A DNA stretch of 64,000 nt, taken from Myxococcota bacterium (GTDB taxonomy: Bacteria > Myxococcota_A > UBA796 > SXON01). The notes beneath the pieces were generated by a model. It saw nothing but the letters and a program-made list of their open reading frames with translations, did no database searches and was not told the origin of the DNA. Position numbers and translations under genes: made by a program. The stretch covers positions 17,785 to 81,784 of the forward strand of contig JAZKFH010000046.1 in assembly GCA_040386535.1 (NCBI GenBank), read 5' to 3'. This document shows, one piece after another, positions 34,557 through 43,722 of the stretch (the stretch's first letter is position 1; each line of letters begins with the position of its first letter).

Positions 34557-37046
34557 CTACTTGAGCTCGACCACCGTGTACGCGTCGCCACCCTCGTCGA
34601 CATCGGCGGGGCGCCACGCGCTGGCGTAGCGGCACTTGGGGAGCCACTGGCGCACGGCGATCTTGAGCGCGCCGGTGCCGTGGCCGTGCAGGAGGAACAC
34701 GGGGCTCAGCCGCTGCATCGAGAGCTTGTCGAGGAAGCGCTCGGCGATGTCGATGGCGTCCTCCGCGCGCAGGCCGCGCAGATCGACGGTGTTGGCGCTG
34801 GTGCGCACCCGCGCGGTCGCGACGTCGCGGGTGGGCTCGGCCACGCGGGAGGCGCGGCTGTAGTCCTCGCGCTCGGCCTCGCGATCCTCGGCGTCCTCAC
34901 GCGCGCGGGCCTCGCGGCGGCGCTCCTCGCGGGCCTGGTCCTCGGCGCGGCGGTCCTGGCGCACCTGCGGATCCGTCTTGCCGATGAGCACCTTGCCGGT
35001 CACGCCGACGGGGCCGGTGCGCGCGGCCTTGGCGCCGAGCTGCTCGATCTGGTGGCGGGGCACGCGCACGCGCACGGCGCCGACCTGCACCTCGACCTGC
35101 TCGCCCGCGGAGAGCACCTTGCCGACCTGCCCGATCGATCGGACGCGCACCCGGTCGCCGACCTCGATGTCCGCGGCGGGGGGGGGCGGCGGGGGCGGCA
35201 CGGCGAGGGGCGCCTTGACCTCGGCCAGGGCGGCGCGGATGTCGGAGAGCGCCGTGCCCGCGGCCTTCAGATCGGCGCCGGCCTGGAGCGCGGCGACCAT
35301 CGTGCGCACCTCCTCCTCGCGACGCTTCAGGCGCGTGGCGGTCTTCTCGGTGAGCGCGGCGACGCGCTTCTCGCTGTCGCGCACGATGCGGGACTCGGCC
35401 TCGGCGAGCCGGCGATCGCGGTCGGCGAGCTGCCGCTCCAACGCGACGATCGCGTCGCCACGCCGGCGCACTTCCGCGCGCTCCTCGGTGAGCCGCTCCA
35501 GGCGGTCGGCCAGCTCGCGGGCGCTCTCGTCGAGCAGCTCGCGCGCGCGGATGAGGATGCCCTCGGGCAGGCCGAGGCGCTGGGCCATGGCGAGCGCGTA
35601 GGACGGGCCGGGCACGCCGAACTCGAGCTTGTAGGTTGGCTTTCCGTCGGCGTACTGCGCCGCCGCGACCACGAAGCGGTGGTCGTTGACCGCCTTGAGC
35701 TCGGGGTAGTGCGTCGTGACCGCGACACGCGCGCCGGCGTCGACCACGGCCTCGAGCACCGCGCGGGCGAGCGCCGCACCTTGCGCCGGGTCGGTGCCGA
35801 CGGCGACCTCGTCGAGGAGCACGAGCGCGCCGGGCTTGGAGCCGGCGATGGCGACCTTGAGCGCGCCCACGTGCGCCGAGAAGGTGGAGAGCCCGCCCTC
35901 GACGGACTGCGCGTCGCCCACGTCGGCGAGGATGGGGTCGAAGAAGTCGACGCGGCTGCCCGGCTCGGCGGGCACGGGGATCGCGGCGCGCACGAGCAGC
36001 GCGGCGAGCCCGAGCGTCTTGAGCGCGACGGTCTTGCCGCCGGCGTTGGGGCCGGTGAGCACCAGGCCGGGGTGCTCGGTCGTGAGCGACAGATCGTTCG
36101 CCACGACGTCGCCCTTCAGGGCGAGCACGGGGTGGCGCGACTCGTACAGGAAGATCACCCCGTCCGTGCCGACCTTGGGGATGGTGCCGCGCAGCTCGGC
36201 GCCGAGGCCGGCGCGTGCGCACGCGAGATCGATCGTGGTGGCGATCTCGATGCCGACGAGGATCTCGTGGTGCTTCACCGCGACGGCGCGCGTGAGCTCG
36301 GCGAGGATGCGCCGCTCGGCGCGCAACAGCTCGCCCTCGGTCATGCGCAGCTCGTTGTGCATCTCGACGACCACGGCGGGCTCGACCCACGCGGTCTCGC
36401 CGGACTGCGACGTGCCGTGCATGATGCCGAGCCCGCGCCGCGCGCCCATCTTGACCGGCACCACGAACCGCCCCTCCCGCTCCGTGAAGAAGCGGTCCAT
36501 CAGCGTGTCGCCCCAGTCGTCGCCGCGCACGATCTCGTCGAGCGTGCTGCGGATGCGGTCGCGCAGGTGATCGATGCGGCGGCGCATGGTGCCGAGCTCG
36601 GGCCAGCGCTGCTCGGAGAGGTTGCCCTGCGGGTCGAACGCGGTGGAGAGGGTGGCGATGAGCGCGGGGTCGAGCGTGATGTTGCGCGCCTGGCCCGCCA
36701 CGCGCGGGGCCTCGCGGGCGTTCTCCTCGCCCCAGCGGTGAAGCGCCTGCATCGCGAGCAGCGACGTCAGGATGCCGCGCAGCTCGGCCGGCTCCAGGGT
36801 GGCGCCGCGGGCGGCCCGCTCGACCTCCTCGACCACGTCGACCACGCCGCCGACGGGCACACGGTCACCCTCTTCCTCGACCGCCAACACCTCGGCCACC
36901 TCGGCGTACCGATCGCGCGCTTCTTCCGCTGACTCGGCGAGCGTGAGCGCGGAAGCGCGGTCCATGCCGCGCGGGGTGCGGGCGTGGCGGGCGAGCGCGG
37001 CGAGGAGCACGTCCCAATCGAGGGCGGCGAGGGTGCGGTCCGACAT
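34557..37046 (-). CDS. mutS2: Endonuclease MutS2 (Smr domain)
   Basis: LTGPNAGGKT, STFSAH, LLDEV..GTDP, TTHY, KOW-like GDRVRV, DLRG, HGHGTGAL. Confidence 0.95.
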   Translation of the reverse strand: MSDRTLAALDWDVLLAALARHARTPRGMDRASALTLAESAEEARDRYAEVAEVLAVEEEGDRVPVGGVVDVVEEVERAARGATLEPAELRGILTSLLAMQALHRWGEENAREAPRVAGQARNITLDPALIATLSTAFDPQGNLSEQRWPELGTMRRRIDHLRDRIRSTLDEIVRGDDWGDTLMDRFFTEREGRFVVPVKMGARRGLGIMHGTSQSGETAWVEPAVVVEMHNELRMTEGELLRAERRILAELTRAVAVKHHEILVGIEIATTIDLACARAGLGAELRGTIPKVGTDGVIFLYESRHPVLALKGDVVANDLSLTTEHPGLVLTGPNAGGKTVALKTLGLAALLVRAAIPVPAEPGSRVDFFDPILADVGDAQSVEGGLSTFSAHVGALKVAIAGSKPGALVLLDEVAVGTDPAQGAALARAVLEAVVDAGARVAVTTHYPELKAVNDHRFVVAAAQYADGKPTYKLEFGVPGPSYALAMAQRLGLPEGILIRARELLDESARELADRLERLTEERAEVRRRGDAIVALERQLADRDRRLAEAESRIVRDSEKRVAALTEKTATRLKRREEEVRTMVAALQAGADLKAAGTALSDIRAALAEVKAPLAVPPPPPPPAADIEVGDRVRVRSIGQVGKVLSAGEQVEVQVGAVRVRVPRHQIEQLGAKAARTGPVGVTGKVLIGKTDPQVRQDRRAEDQAREERRREARAREDAEDREAEREDYSRASRVAEPTRDVATARVRTSANTVDLRGLRAEDAIDIAERFLDKLSMQRLSPVFLLHGHGTGALKIAVRQWLPKCRYASAWRPADVDEGGDAYTVVELK

Positions 37047-37140
37047 TGTCCTGGCCTTCCGAGCGCGGCCCTCTACCCGGGATCGGGTCGCGGGGGGAGG
37101 CCCTCCCCGGATGATGTAGGATCGGGCCAGGAGGCCTCGC

Positions 37141-37935
37141 ATGTTGCTTCTCCCCCTGGCGCTGTTCCTCGGCTGTGTGGGTGAGGTCGAGGGCGACGAG
37201 GCCGGCGAGTGCGCCGACGCCGCCGACAACGACCGCAACGGCTACTTCGATTGCGACGACCTCGGCTGCAAGGGGAGCCCGGACTGCGGCGAGGCGGACG
37301 CGGACACCGATACCGACACGGACACGGACACCGATTCGGACACGGACTCCGACACCGACTCGGACACGGACTCCGATACCGACACGGACACCGATTCGGA
37401 CACGGACTCCGATACCGATACGGACACCGATTCGGACACGGACTCCGACACGGACGCGGACACCGATTCGGACACGGACGCCGACACGGACCTCGGGGGC
37501 TTCGGGTCCTACGAGCTCGAGATGGTCGTGAACTGGTCGTTCCCCAGCGGTGGCTTCGACGCCTGCCAGCTCGAGTACACCGGCTCCGGCGACCACGTGG
37601 AGACGGACGGCGGTCGCGTGAGCTTCTTCGGGCCGTACACCCGCGCCTCGACGTGCACCGATCACGCCACGTTCGAGCCGTTCTTCCCCTGGCACGACGC
37701 CGACACCGGCGAGGCGTACGTGAGCTTCGTCTTCACCGACAGCGGCACCGTGCTCGACGAGTGGTTCGAGGACGACGCGGAGACGGCCCTCGGCGAGCGG
37801 GCCGAATGGTGGATGTACGACATGCGCGAGCCCTACGATCCCGACGTGGCCTTTGCCCGCTACAGCGAGGTGTACACCGATCCGGACGGGTACTTCGCGG
37901 TGACGTACGAGGTGGAGGTTTCGTTCTTGCCGTGA
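37141..37935 (+). CDS. Lipoprotein with (DT/DS)n tract
   Basis: GGAGG RBS; LFLGC; CAD..DND.NG..DCDD motif; DTDSDTDS tract at about 37297-37491. Confidence 0.75.
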   Translation: MLLLPLALFLGCVGEVEGDEAGECADAADNDRNGYFDCDDLGCKGSPDCGEADADTDTDTDTDTDSDTDSDTDSDTDSDTDTDTDSDTDSDTDTDTDSDTDSDTDADTDSDTDADTDLGGFGSYELEMVVNWSFPSGGFDACQLEYTGSGDHVETDGGRVSFFGPYTRASTCTDHATFEPFFPWHDADTGEAYVSFVFTDSGTVLDEWFEDDAETALGERAEWWMYDMREPYDPDVAFARYSEVYTDPDGYFAVTYEVEVSFLP

Positions 37936-38132
37936 GGGCGGGTACGGGGGGCAAGCCCACCTGAATGGGAACGCTCGCGACCCAAGCGGCACCGAGTAGG
38001 AAAATCCGCCGCGGGGCGGGGGCCGCGGCGCCTGTCTTTCTCGCGCTCGCAGCCCGACTTCACGATGGAACGCCGGTTTTCTCGGGTTCCGGCGGCGCGC
38101 GTGCCGAAGAACACGCCCGGTTCACCCATCCC

Positions 38133-38186
38133 ATTCCTGTTCGGTGCGGCTTGCCTCGGGACGATTCCTGTTCGGCGCGGCTTGCC
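38133..38186 (+). repeat. Two-copy direct repeat, 31-bp period
   Basis: ATTCCTGTTCGG(T/C)GCGGCTTGCC at 38133 and 38164. Confidence 0.7.
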
Positions 38187-38207
38187 ACCGGCGGGGCCCT
38201 GGGCGGG

Positions 38208-38337
38208 GGTGCCCGCGCGAGGTGCCTGGAAGGCGGCCGCGCCGCGCGGCCGGTCCGGCGCGGCTCGGCGCGCCGACCAAGCGGCTCTGCCGCGCGCCTG
38301 GAAGGGACCGACCCGGCGTCCGCGCCGGGACGCGCCC
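38208..38337 (+). repeat. Structured dispersed repeat family I, copy B
   Basis: GGAAGGC...GGTCCGGC..GCCGACCA-AGCGGC TCT GCCGC-GCGCCTGGA...TCCG-loop hairpin-GCGCCC. Confidence 0.75.
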
Positions 38338-38344
38338 GTAGCCT

Positions 38345-40792
38345 TCACGGCAGCCGCGCGAACACCATCTCGAACGTGGCGCGCGCCTCGGCGTGTGACG
38401 TGGTGGCGCAGAGCGACGGGGCGCCCGTGCCGAGCACGTCGGGGCCGAAGCCGCCGGAGGTGTAGTCGCCGTCGCGGAGGCGCGCGATGGGGACGGGCTG
38501 GCCCATCCCCACGTCTTCGATGGCGGCGAACACGGTGTCGCCGAGGGGGTCCAGGTAGAGGACCATCAGGTCGGCGCGGTCGTCGCCGATGGCGTGCGCG
38601 ACCGTGAACGTGTCGCCGTACACGAGCCACGGCGCGCCGCACGTGGCCGTGGTGATGTCGATGGGGCCGCCGGTGGTCAGCAGGGTGGGGGCGAGCGTGC
38701 ACAGGGAGGACACCGGTCGTGTCTCGACCTGCTCGGACGCGAAGAAGAAGGTGTCGGGGACGCCGTCCTCGTCGAGGTCGCCGGGGGAGAGCGAGCCCCG
38801 CCACTCCGGGGAGGAGGTGTCGGTCAGCGTGGCCCACGCGTCCGCGGTGCCGAGGACCCGCGCCGGGTCGAGCTGGGAGGAGAGGAACAGCGTGAACGTC
38901 CCGTCCTGGAGCACGAAGAGTTCGGCGCGGGCGTCGCCGTCGACGTCGGGGATGCAGCGGGGGCCTTCACCTTCGAGCGCGCCGAGGAGCGCGCCGGTGA
39001 CGTCGCCGGTGCTGGCGAGCGTGCCGGCGTAGAGCGTCGTGACCGTTCGGAAGCTCTGGAAGAGGTCGTCGCGGCCGTCGCCGTCGAGGTCGCAGCCGAG
39101 CGGATCGAGCCGCACGTCGGCCGCCCACGTGGTGAGGTCGGGGTGGGCGGTGTCGCCGAGGTGGGCTCCGGAGCGGACGTGGTAGGCGAGCCCGTGGTCG
39201 TGAGACGTCCAGCTGAGCAGCTCGGGGATGCTGTCGCCGTCGAGGTCGTCGACGAACGTGGGGTCATCCACGCCGAGGTCGATGGAGACGTCGGCCTCAC
39301 ACATGGTGAGGTCGCCGCCGCCCGCGAGGCGCGTGCCGTCGAAGAGGGTCAGGCGGTCGTCGAGGAACACGAGATCGTCCAGGGCGTCGCCGGTGAGGTC
39401 GACCCAGACGGGGTGCCCGGGGTCGCGGCCCGAGTGGCTGGGCACGAGCGCGGGGGTGGCGTCGGCGACGCCGTCGAGCGCGGCGAAGCGCCACACGGAC
39501 GCGGTGGAGACCCAGCCGTCGTCAGGCGAGGAGGCCCAGATCGCGCCGTCTTCATCGGTGGCGAGCGTGTCCTCGGTCGAGCGGCCGGCGTGGTCGATGC
39601 GGGCGCGTTCGAGCCGGATCCCGGCGAGCAGCGACGCGCCGTCCCACGCCACCAAGGCGTCGGCGAGCTGGGCCCACACCTCGCGGACGCCGTCGCCGTC
39701 GAGGTCGGCGCCGCTCGCCACCGCCGAGGGGGGCTCCGCGTCGGCGCTCCGCACGCACGTGAACGGGGCGCCCGCCCGGTCCGCGGCCTCGCCGTGGGTG
39801 ACGCAGAGGCGGTCGTCGCCCGAGAACAACAGCTCGTTGGCGCCGCCGCCGTCGAGGTCGCCGAGGTCGAGCAGGTCCGCCGCGCTCTCGACGTAGCTGC
39901 GCGCGGACGCGTAGCGGTCGAGCACCACGTCCTCCGCGCCGGCGAGGAACGCCGCGGAGCCGACGATCACGAGATCGCGCCCCTCCTCGGTCACGAACTC
40001 GCGCAGGCCGTCGCCGTCGAGGTCCTGGTCGAGCACGCGCACGACGCCGCCGAGGCCGACCAAAGCCGCGCCGTGAGTGACCGCGCCACCGTCGGCGCCG
40101 AAGTCGGGATCGAGCACCGTCGTGAGCCCGAGGACGGACGCGCTGTCGAACTCTCCCTCGTAGGCGAACAACCAGTCGTCGCGGCCGTCGCCGTCGAGGT
40201 CGTCCCAGCGCGCCACGGCGAGGTCCTGCGCTTCGATCAGGGTGCCGGGGGTGAGGTCGCCGCCCGCGAGGAGGTCGGCGCCCGACACCACCGTCGCGAA
40301 CGAGGTGTAGTCGTCGGTCCACGCGAGCAGGTCCTCCACGCTGTCGCCGTCGCGATCGCCCACCCACTGCACGCGTCCGCCGAAGTGGGCGTCGGGCCTG
40401 TCGTGCACGACCCGTGCCCACGCCGAGGAGAACTCGAGCGACGGCGCCGCCGCGAGGTCGACCCCGCGGAAGAAGTAGACCGCGCCCACGCCGTCGAACA
40501 CCGCGTCGTGGCCCGGCACGCCCACCACGAGCTCGTCGAGGCCGTCGCCGTCGAGATCGGTGCCGACCGCGAGCGGGAAGGGGCCGTCGTGCGTGGTGCC
40601 GCACGCGGAGATGCGCAGGTCGGGAGCCTCGTCGAGGGTGGCGGCCCAGGTGTGGGCGCCGAGGAGGCTGGGGGGCTCGGCGGTGTCGGTCGTGTCGGAC
40701 GTGTCTGGGGCGGTGTCGGCGATGTCGGTTTCGTCGTCAGGCGGAGCTGTGTGCTCGGGTTCCGTGCAGGCCGCGAGGAGGAGCGTGATCAC
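38345..40792 (-). CDS. FG-GAP/VCBS-repeat lipoprotein
   Basis: MITLLLAAC (GTGA overlap with upstream stop); many DLDGDG.DE/DL repeats. Confidence 0.8.
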   Translation of the reverse strand: MITLLLAACTEPEHTAPPDDETDIADTAPDTSDTTDTAEPPSLLGAHTWAATLDEAPDLRISACGTTHDGPFPLAVGTDLDGDGLDELVVGVPGHDAVFDGVGAVYFFRGVDLAAAPSLEFSSAWARVVHDRPDAHFGGRVQWVGDRDGDSVEDLLAWTDDYTSFATVVSGADLLAGGDLTPGTLIEAQDLAVARWDDLDGDGRDDWLFAYEGEFDSASVLGLTTVLDPDFGADGGAVTHGAALVGLGGVVRVLDQDLDGDGLREFVTEEGRDLVIVGSAAFLAGAEDVVLDRYASARSYVESAADLLDLGDLDGGGANELLFSGDDRLCVTHGEAADRAGAPFTCVRSADAEPPSAVASGADLDGDGVREVWAQLADALVAWDGASLLAGIRLERARIDHAGRSTEDTLATDEDGAIWASSPDDGWVSTASVWRFAALDGVADATPALVPSHSGRDPGHPVWVDLTGDALDDLVFLDDRLTLFDGTRLAGGGDLTMCEADVSIDLGVDDPTFVDDLDGDSIPELLSWTSHDHGLAYHVRSGAHLGDTAHPDLTTWAADVRLDPLGCDLDGDGRDDLFQSFRTVTTLYAGTLASTGDVTGALLGALEGEGPRCIPDVDGDARAELFVLQDGTFTLFLSSQLDPARVLGTADAWATLTDTSSPEWRGSLSPGDLDEDGVPDTFFFASEQVETRPVSSLCTLAPTLLTTGGPIDITTATCGAPWLVYGDTFTVAHAIGDDRADLMVLYLDPLGDTVFAAIEDVGMGQPVPIARLRDGDYTSGGFGPDVLGTGAPSLCATTSHAEARATFEMVFARLP

Positions 40793-42078
40793 GCGCGACG
40801 CCGACGTGCCAGCAGCGCGCCGAGCAGGGCCTGGATGAAGAGCGTGGGGGGCGTGACGGTCGTGCAGCCGGTGGGGGCGGCTTCGGGGGGCGCTTCGTCT
40901 TCGGTGGGCGCTTCGGCTTCGGGGGCTTCTTCGGGTGCTTCTTCCTCGGGCTCTTCTTCGGGTTCCTCTTCTTCCGGGGCGGTGTCGGTCTCGACCGCGT
41001 CCACGCCGTCGCAGTCCTGGTCGATGCCGTCGCCGGTCACCTCGGCCGCGCCCGGGTGGCGGGCGGGGTCGGTGTCGTCGCAGTCGTCCGCGAGCGCGGC
41101 GCCGTCGTGATCCTGGTCGTGGTCGTCATCGCCGGCGCAGTCGGTGTCGAGGCCGTCGTACCAGGTGTCCGCGGCGCCGGGGTGCACGGCGCGGTCGGTG
41201 TCGTCGCAGTCGGCGGGGCTGTCCCAGCCGTCGCGGTCCAGGTCGGCGATGTCGGCGCCGTCGCAGTCCTGGTCGATGCCGTCGTAGGGGATCTCCACCG
41301 CGCATGTGTGCGCGCTCGGGTCGGTGTCGTCGCAGTCGGCGGTGCCCGCGTACCCATCGCCGTCGGCGTCGTCGCCCAGGTACTCCCACGTCACGAGGTC
41401 GACGAAGCCGTAGGGCACGCCGTCCATCCAGGCGTTCGCGCCCCAGGGGCCGCTGCAGTAGTCCGCGATGGTCACGAGCACCTCCGTGGTGCCGACGGTG
41501 ACCGACGAGCCTTCGCCGCTGCTGGCGCTCCAGGCGCACGTGCCGTCGTCCCAGGCCATGGCGGTGGTGGTCGTGGAGCCCCGATCCTCGCTGGACCGGG
41601 CCGTGAACGCGCCGTCCACCGGCCACTCCGCGTCGAGCACGCCCACCCACGACACCGTCCACTCCGTCGCGCTCGTCGCGCTCGACCCGTAGTCGGCCCA
41701 CGTGCGCTCTTGCGTCACGTCGAGCCGCGTCCACGTCTCGCCCGCGTCCGCCGGCGGCTCCACCACGATGTGGGTGACGACGCTCCCGGCGCTGTCGTAG
41801 CCGCTCGACCCGTCGATCACCGCCTCGTCGTACTCCACCCACGCGCCGGCCGCGGTCGTGCCCGTCCAGCACGTGTCCGCGGTGGCGCACGCGGTGAGCT
41901 CGCTCGTGTCGACCCACGCCTCGACGAGGTCCATCGCGGCCTGCCCGGCCTCCTCGACGCCCGTGGTCTCGTCGCGCACCGCGTCGATGTAGGGCCGCGC
42001 GTCGGCGGGGGCGCCCACGGCCACGCATTCGCGCGGCAGGTCGAGGGCGAGCGCGGTTTGGAGCGCGAGGAGGAGCAT
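40789..42078 (-). CDS. Secreted protein with MopE-like repeats, Glu/Pro-rich linker and MYXO-CTERM-like anchor
   Basis: MLLLALQTALA; DCDD repeats; EEEPEEE; ends GCTT + TM + RRRR. Confidence 0.8.
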   Translation of the reverse strand: MLLLALQTALALDLPRECVAVGAPADARPYIDAVRDETTGVEEAGQAAMDLVEAWVDTSELTACATADTCWTGTTAAGAWVEYDEAVIDGSSGYDSAGSVVTHIVVEPPADAGETWTRLDVTQERTWADYGSSATSATEWTVSWVGVLDAEWPVDGAFTARSSEDRGSTTTTAMAWDDGTCAWSASSGEGSSVTVGTTEVLVTIADYCSGPWGANAWMDGVPYGFVDLVTWEYLGDDADGDGYAGTADCDDTDPSAHTCAVEIPYDGIDQDCDGADIADLDRDGWDSPADCDDTDRAVHPGAADTWYDGLDTDCAGDDDHDQDHDGAALADDCDDTDPARHPGAAEVTGDGIDQDCDGVDAVETDTAPEEEEPEEEPEEEAPEEAPEAEAPTEDEAPPEAAPTGCTTVTPPTLFIQALLGALLARRRRA

Positions 42079-42849
42079 TCGGCAAGATTACCCTGGGGTC
42101 GGGTCGTTTGGCGACAGCCGGACGTAGCCGGCGGGGACGCAGGGAGGGATTCGCGGTCACGCTCGCAGTCGTCCGGCTGTGGGCCGGCCGACTGGCGCGG
42201 GCGGTCGGCGTCGGCGTGGCGCTCCGCGGCGCCCGCGCCACCTTCCAGGCCCCCTTGCGCGGGGTGCCGCTCGCGCGAACACACAGAGGGCGGCCGCGGC
42301 GTGGGGCTCGGGAGGGGTGGCGTCGTCGCGGAAGCGGGCCGGGTGCGCAGTCGGTCTCGGGCGGGCCGCCCGTTGCCTGCCACATGTGGGGGGACCGGCG
42401 CCGGGGCCCCCTACTTGTGGCACGTGGACGCCTCTCGCGACGCCCAGCGCCCTGGACCTTGCCGCCGACGTTGCCCCTCACGAGGTGCGCGAGCCCGTCC
42501 GAGGGGCGCGTCGTGAGCGCGCTACCGAAGCGGGAGGCGATGGCACTGTCGTAGCGCAGGTCCGGCGGCCACGCTGCGGCCACCGTTCGTTCGTGCGCGG
42601 GAGCAGCGGGAGTGTGAGGGCGCTGTCGCGGCGCGTGCGGTTCGAGCAGGCGCCCGGCTCGGCCACATCGGGGGGTGCGGTGCCCCCAGTTCGGCGCGTC
42701 CCGCGCGCTGAACTCGGAGGATGGCGTCTCCATGCCTATGCACGTCCCGCAGGCGCGCGTGCGTCCCAGCAGGCCGTGGCTCCCGAGGTCTCTGGAGCCC
42801 ACGGGCGACTCCGCCAATCGCGGCGGCCGCCGTGGGAGGCCAACCGCAG

Positions 42850-43035
42850 GGTCATGTCCCCATGACTGCACGCGGCACGGAGTCATGCCGGGGTGAACGC
42901 TCGAATCCAGGCCGCGAGCGCTCGCCCCAGCGCGAAAAACGCCGCTTGCTCCGTAGAGGGCGCGCGGAGCGAGCCTCGAATTGGGCGTTCACGGGGGCAT
43001 GACTTCGATTTAGCGGCGTTGAAGGGGGCATGACC
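42850..43035. mobile_element. MITE-like element, copy 1
   Basis: GGTCATGTCCCC...GGAGTCATGCC...GGCATGACTTCGATTTAGCGGCGTTGAAGGGGGCATGACC; imperfect inverted ends of about 55 bp; second copy at 46303. Confidence 0.55.
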
Positions 43036-43084
43036 TCGGATTTCGGCGCCCTCGTACTCGAGGGCTGAGGGCAGTGCGTAGGCA

Positions 43085-43441
43085 TGGGCGTCTCATCCGG
43101 CGAGTTGGGCGCGTCCGGAAGGGGGGCCTGTTCGACAAGGGGATTCGGGGCCGCAAGGCGGCCCACGCCTCTGCGAGGTCACCCGAGTCGTGCTCGACCG
43201 CGTGGTCGGGCGCATGGCCCGCCGACAGGAACCGATCACACCCGGGGGTACCTGGCGCAGCCCCCCCGCCGGATGGCCGAGCTGGGCGCGGCCCGGGCGC
43301 CAGTCGGGGGATGGCGTTTCATCCAGCAGCGCGCCGCGCCGAACGTGGTGGCGCCTCTCATCCGGCGAGTTCGGCGCGTCCCGCGCGCCGAACGTGGGGG
43401 CGCCTCTCATCCGGCGAATTCGGCGCGCGCGCCGAGCTCGG
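43085..43441 (+). repeat. REP-like hairpin repeat cluster (family II, 49-bp period)
   Basis: GCGCCTCTCATCCGGCGAGTTCGGCGCGTCCCGCGCGCCGAACGTGGGG at 43351 and 43400; related copies near 43088, 43310 and 42688. Confidence 0.7.
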
Positions 43442-43510
43442 GCCGCACCTTGGCCGGCACCCGCGCCCGATGGGGGGCCGTCCCAACCCTCGCCCACGGC
43501 CAACACCACC

Positions 43511-43642
43511 CCCGCGCGAGGCGCCTGGAGGGCGGCCGCGCGCCGCGCGCGGACGGTCCGGCCGGGCGCCGCGCCCGGACGACCAAGCGGCTCCGCCGCG
43601 CGCCCGCAAGGCACCGGTCCGGCGTCCGCGCCGGACGCGCCC
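43511..43642 (+). repeat. Structured dispersed repeat family I, copy C
   Basis: GGAGGGC...GGTCCGG..CGACCA-AGCGGC TCC GCCGC-GCGCCC...TCCGGCG TCCG CGCCGGA-CGCGCCC. Confidence 0.75.
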
Positions 43643-43722
43643 GCCCGTTGCCGCCGAACCCTCGCCGCCAGTTGCCTCCGCACCCGAACCCGCCGTACCC
43701 TGCCGGTTCTCTTCGGATCCCC

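Noticed and set aside
42180..42270. Possible eighth family I copy on the minus strand (CCTGGAAGG plus hairpins)
   Set aside because: The P3, P4 and closing-stem blocks could not be aligned convincingly.
42420..42570. Coding-like minus-strand fragment (ALTTRPSDGLAHLVRGNV), possible pseudogene
   Set aside because: Too short, no start or recognisable family; cannot be supported without a search.
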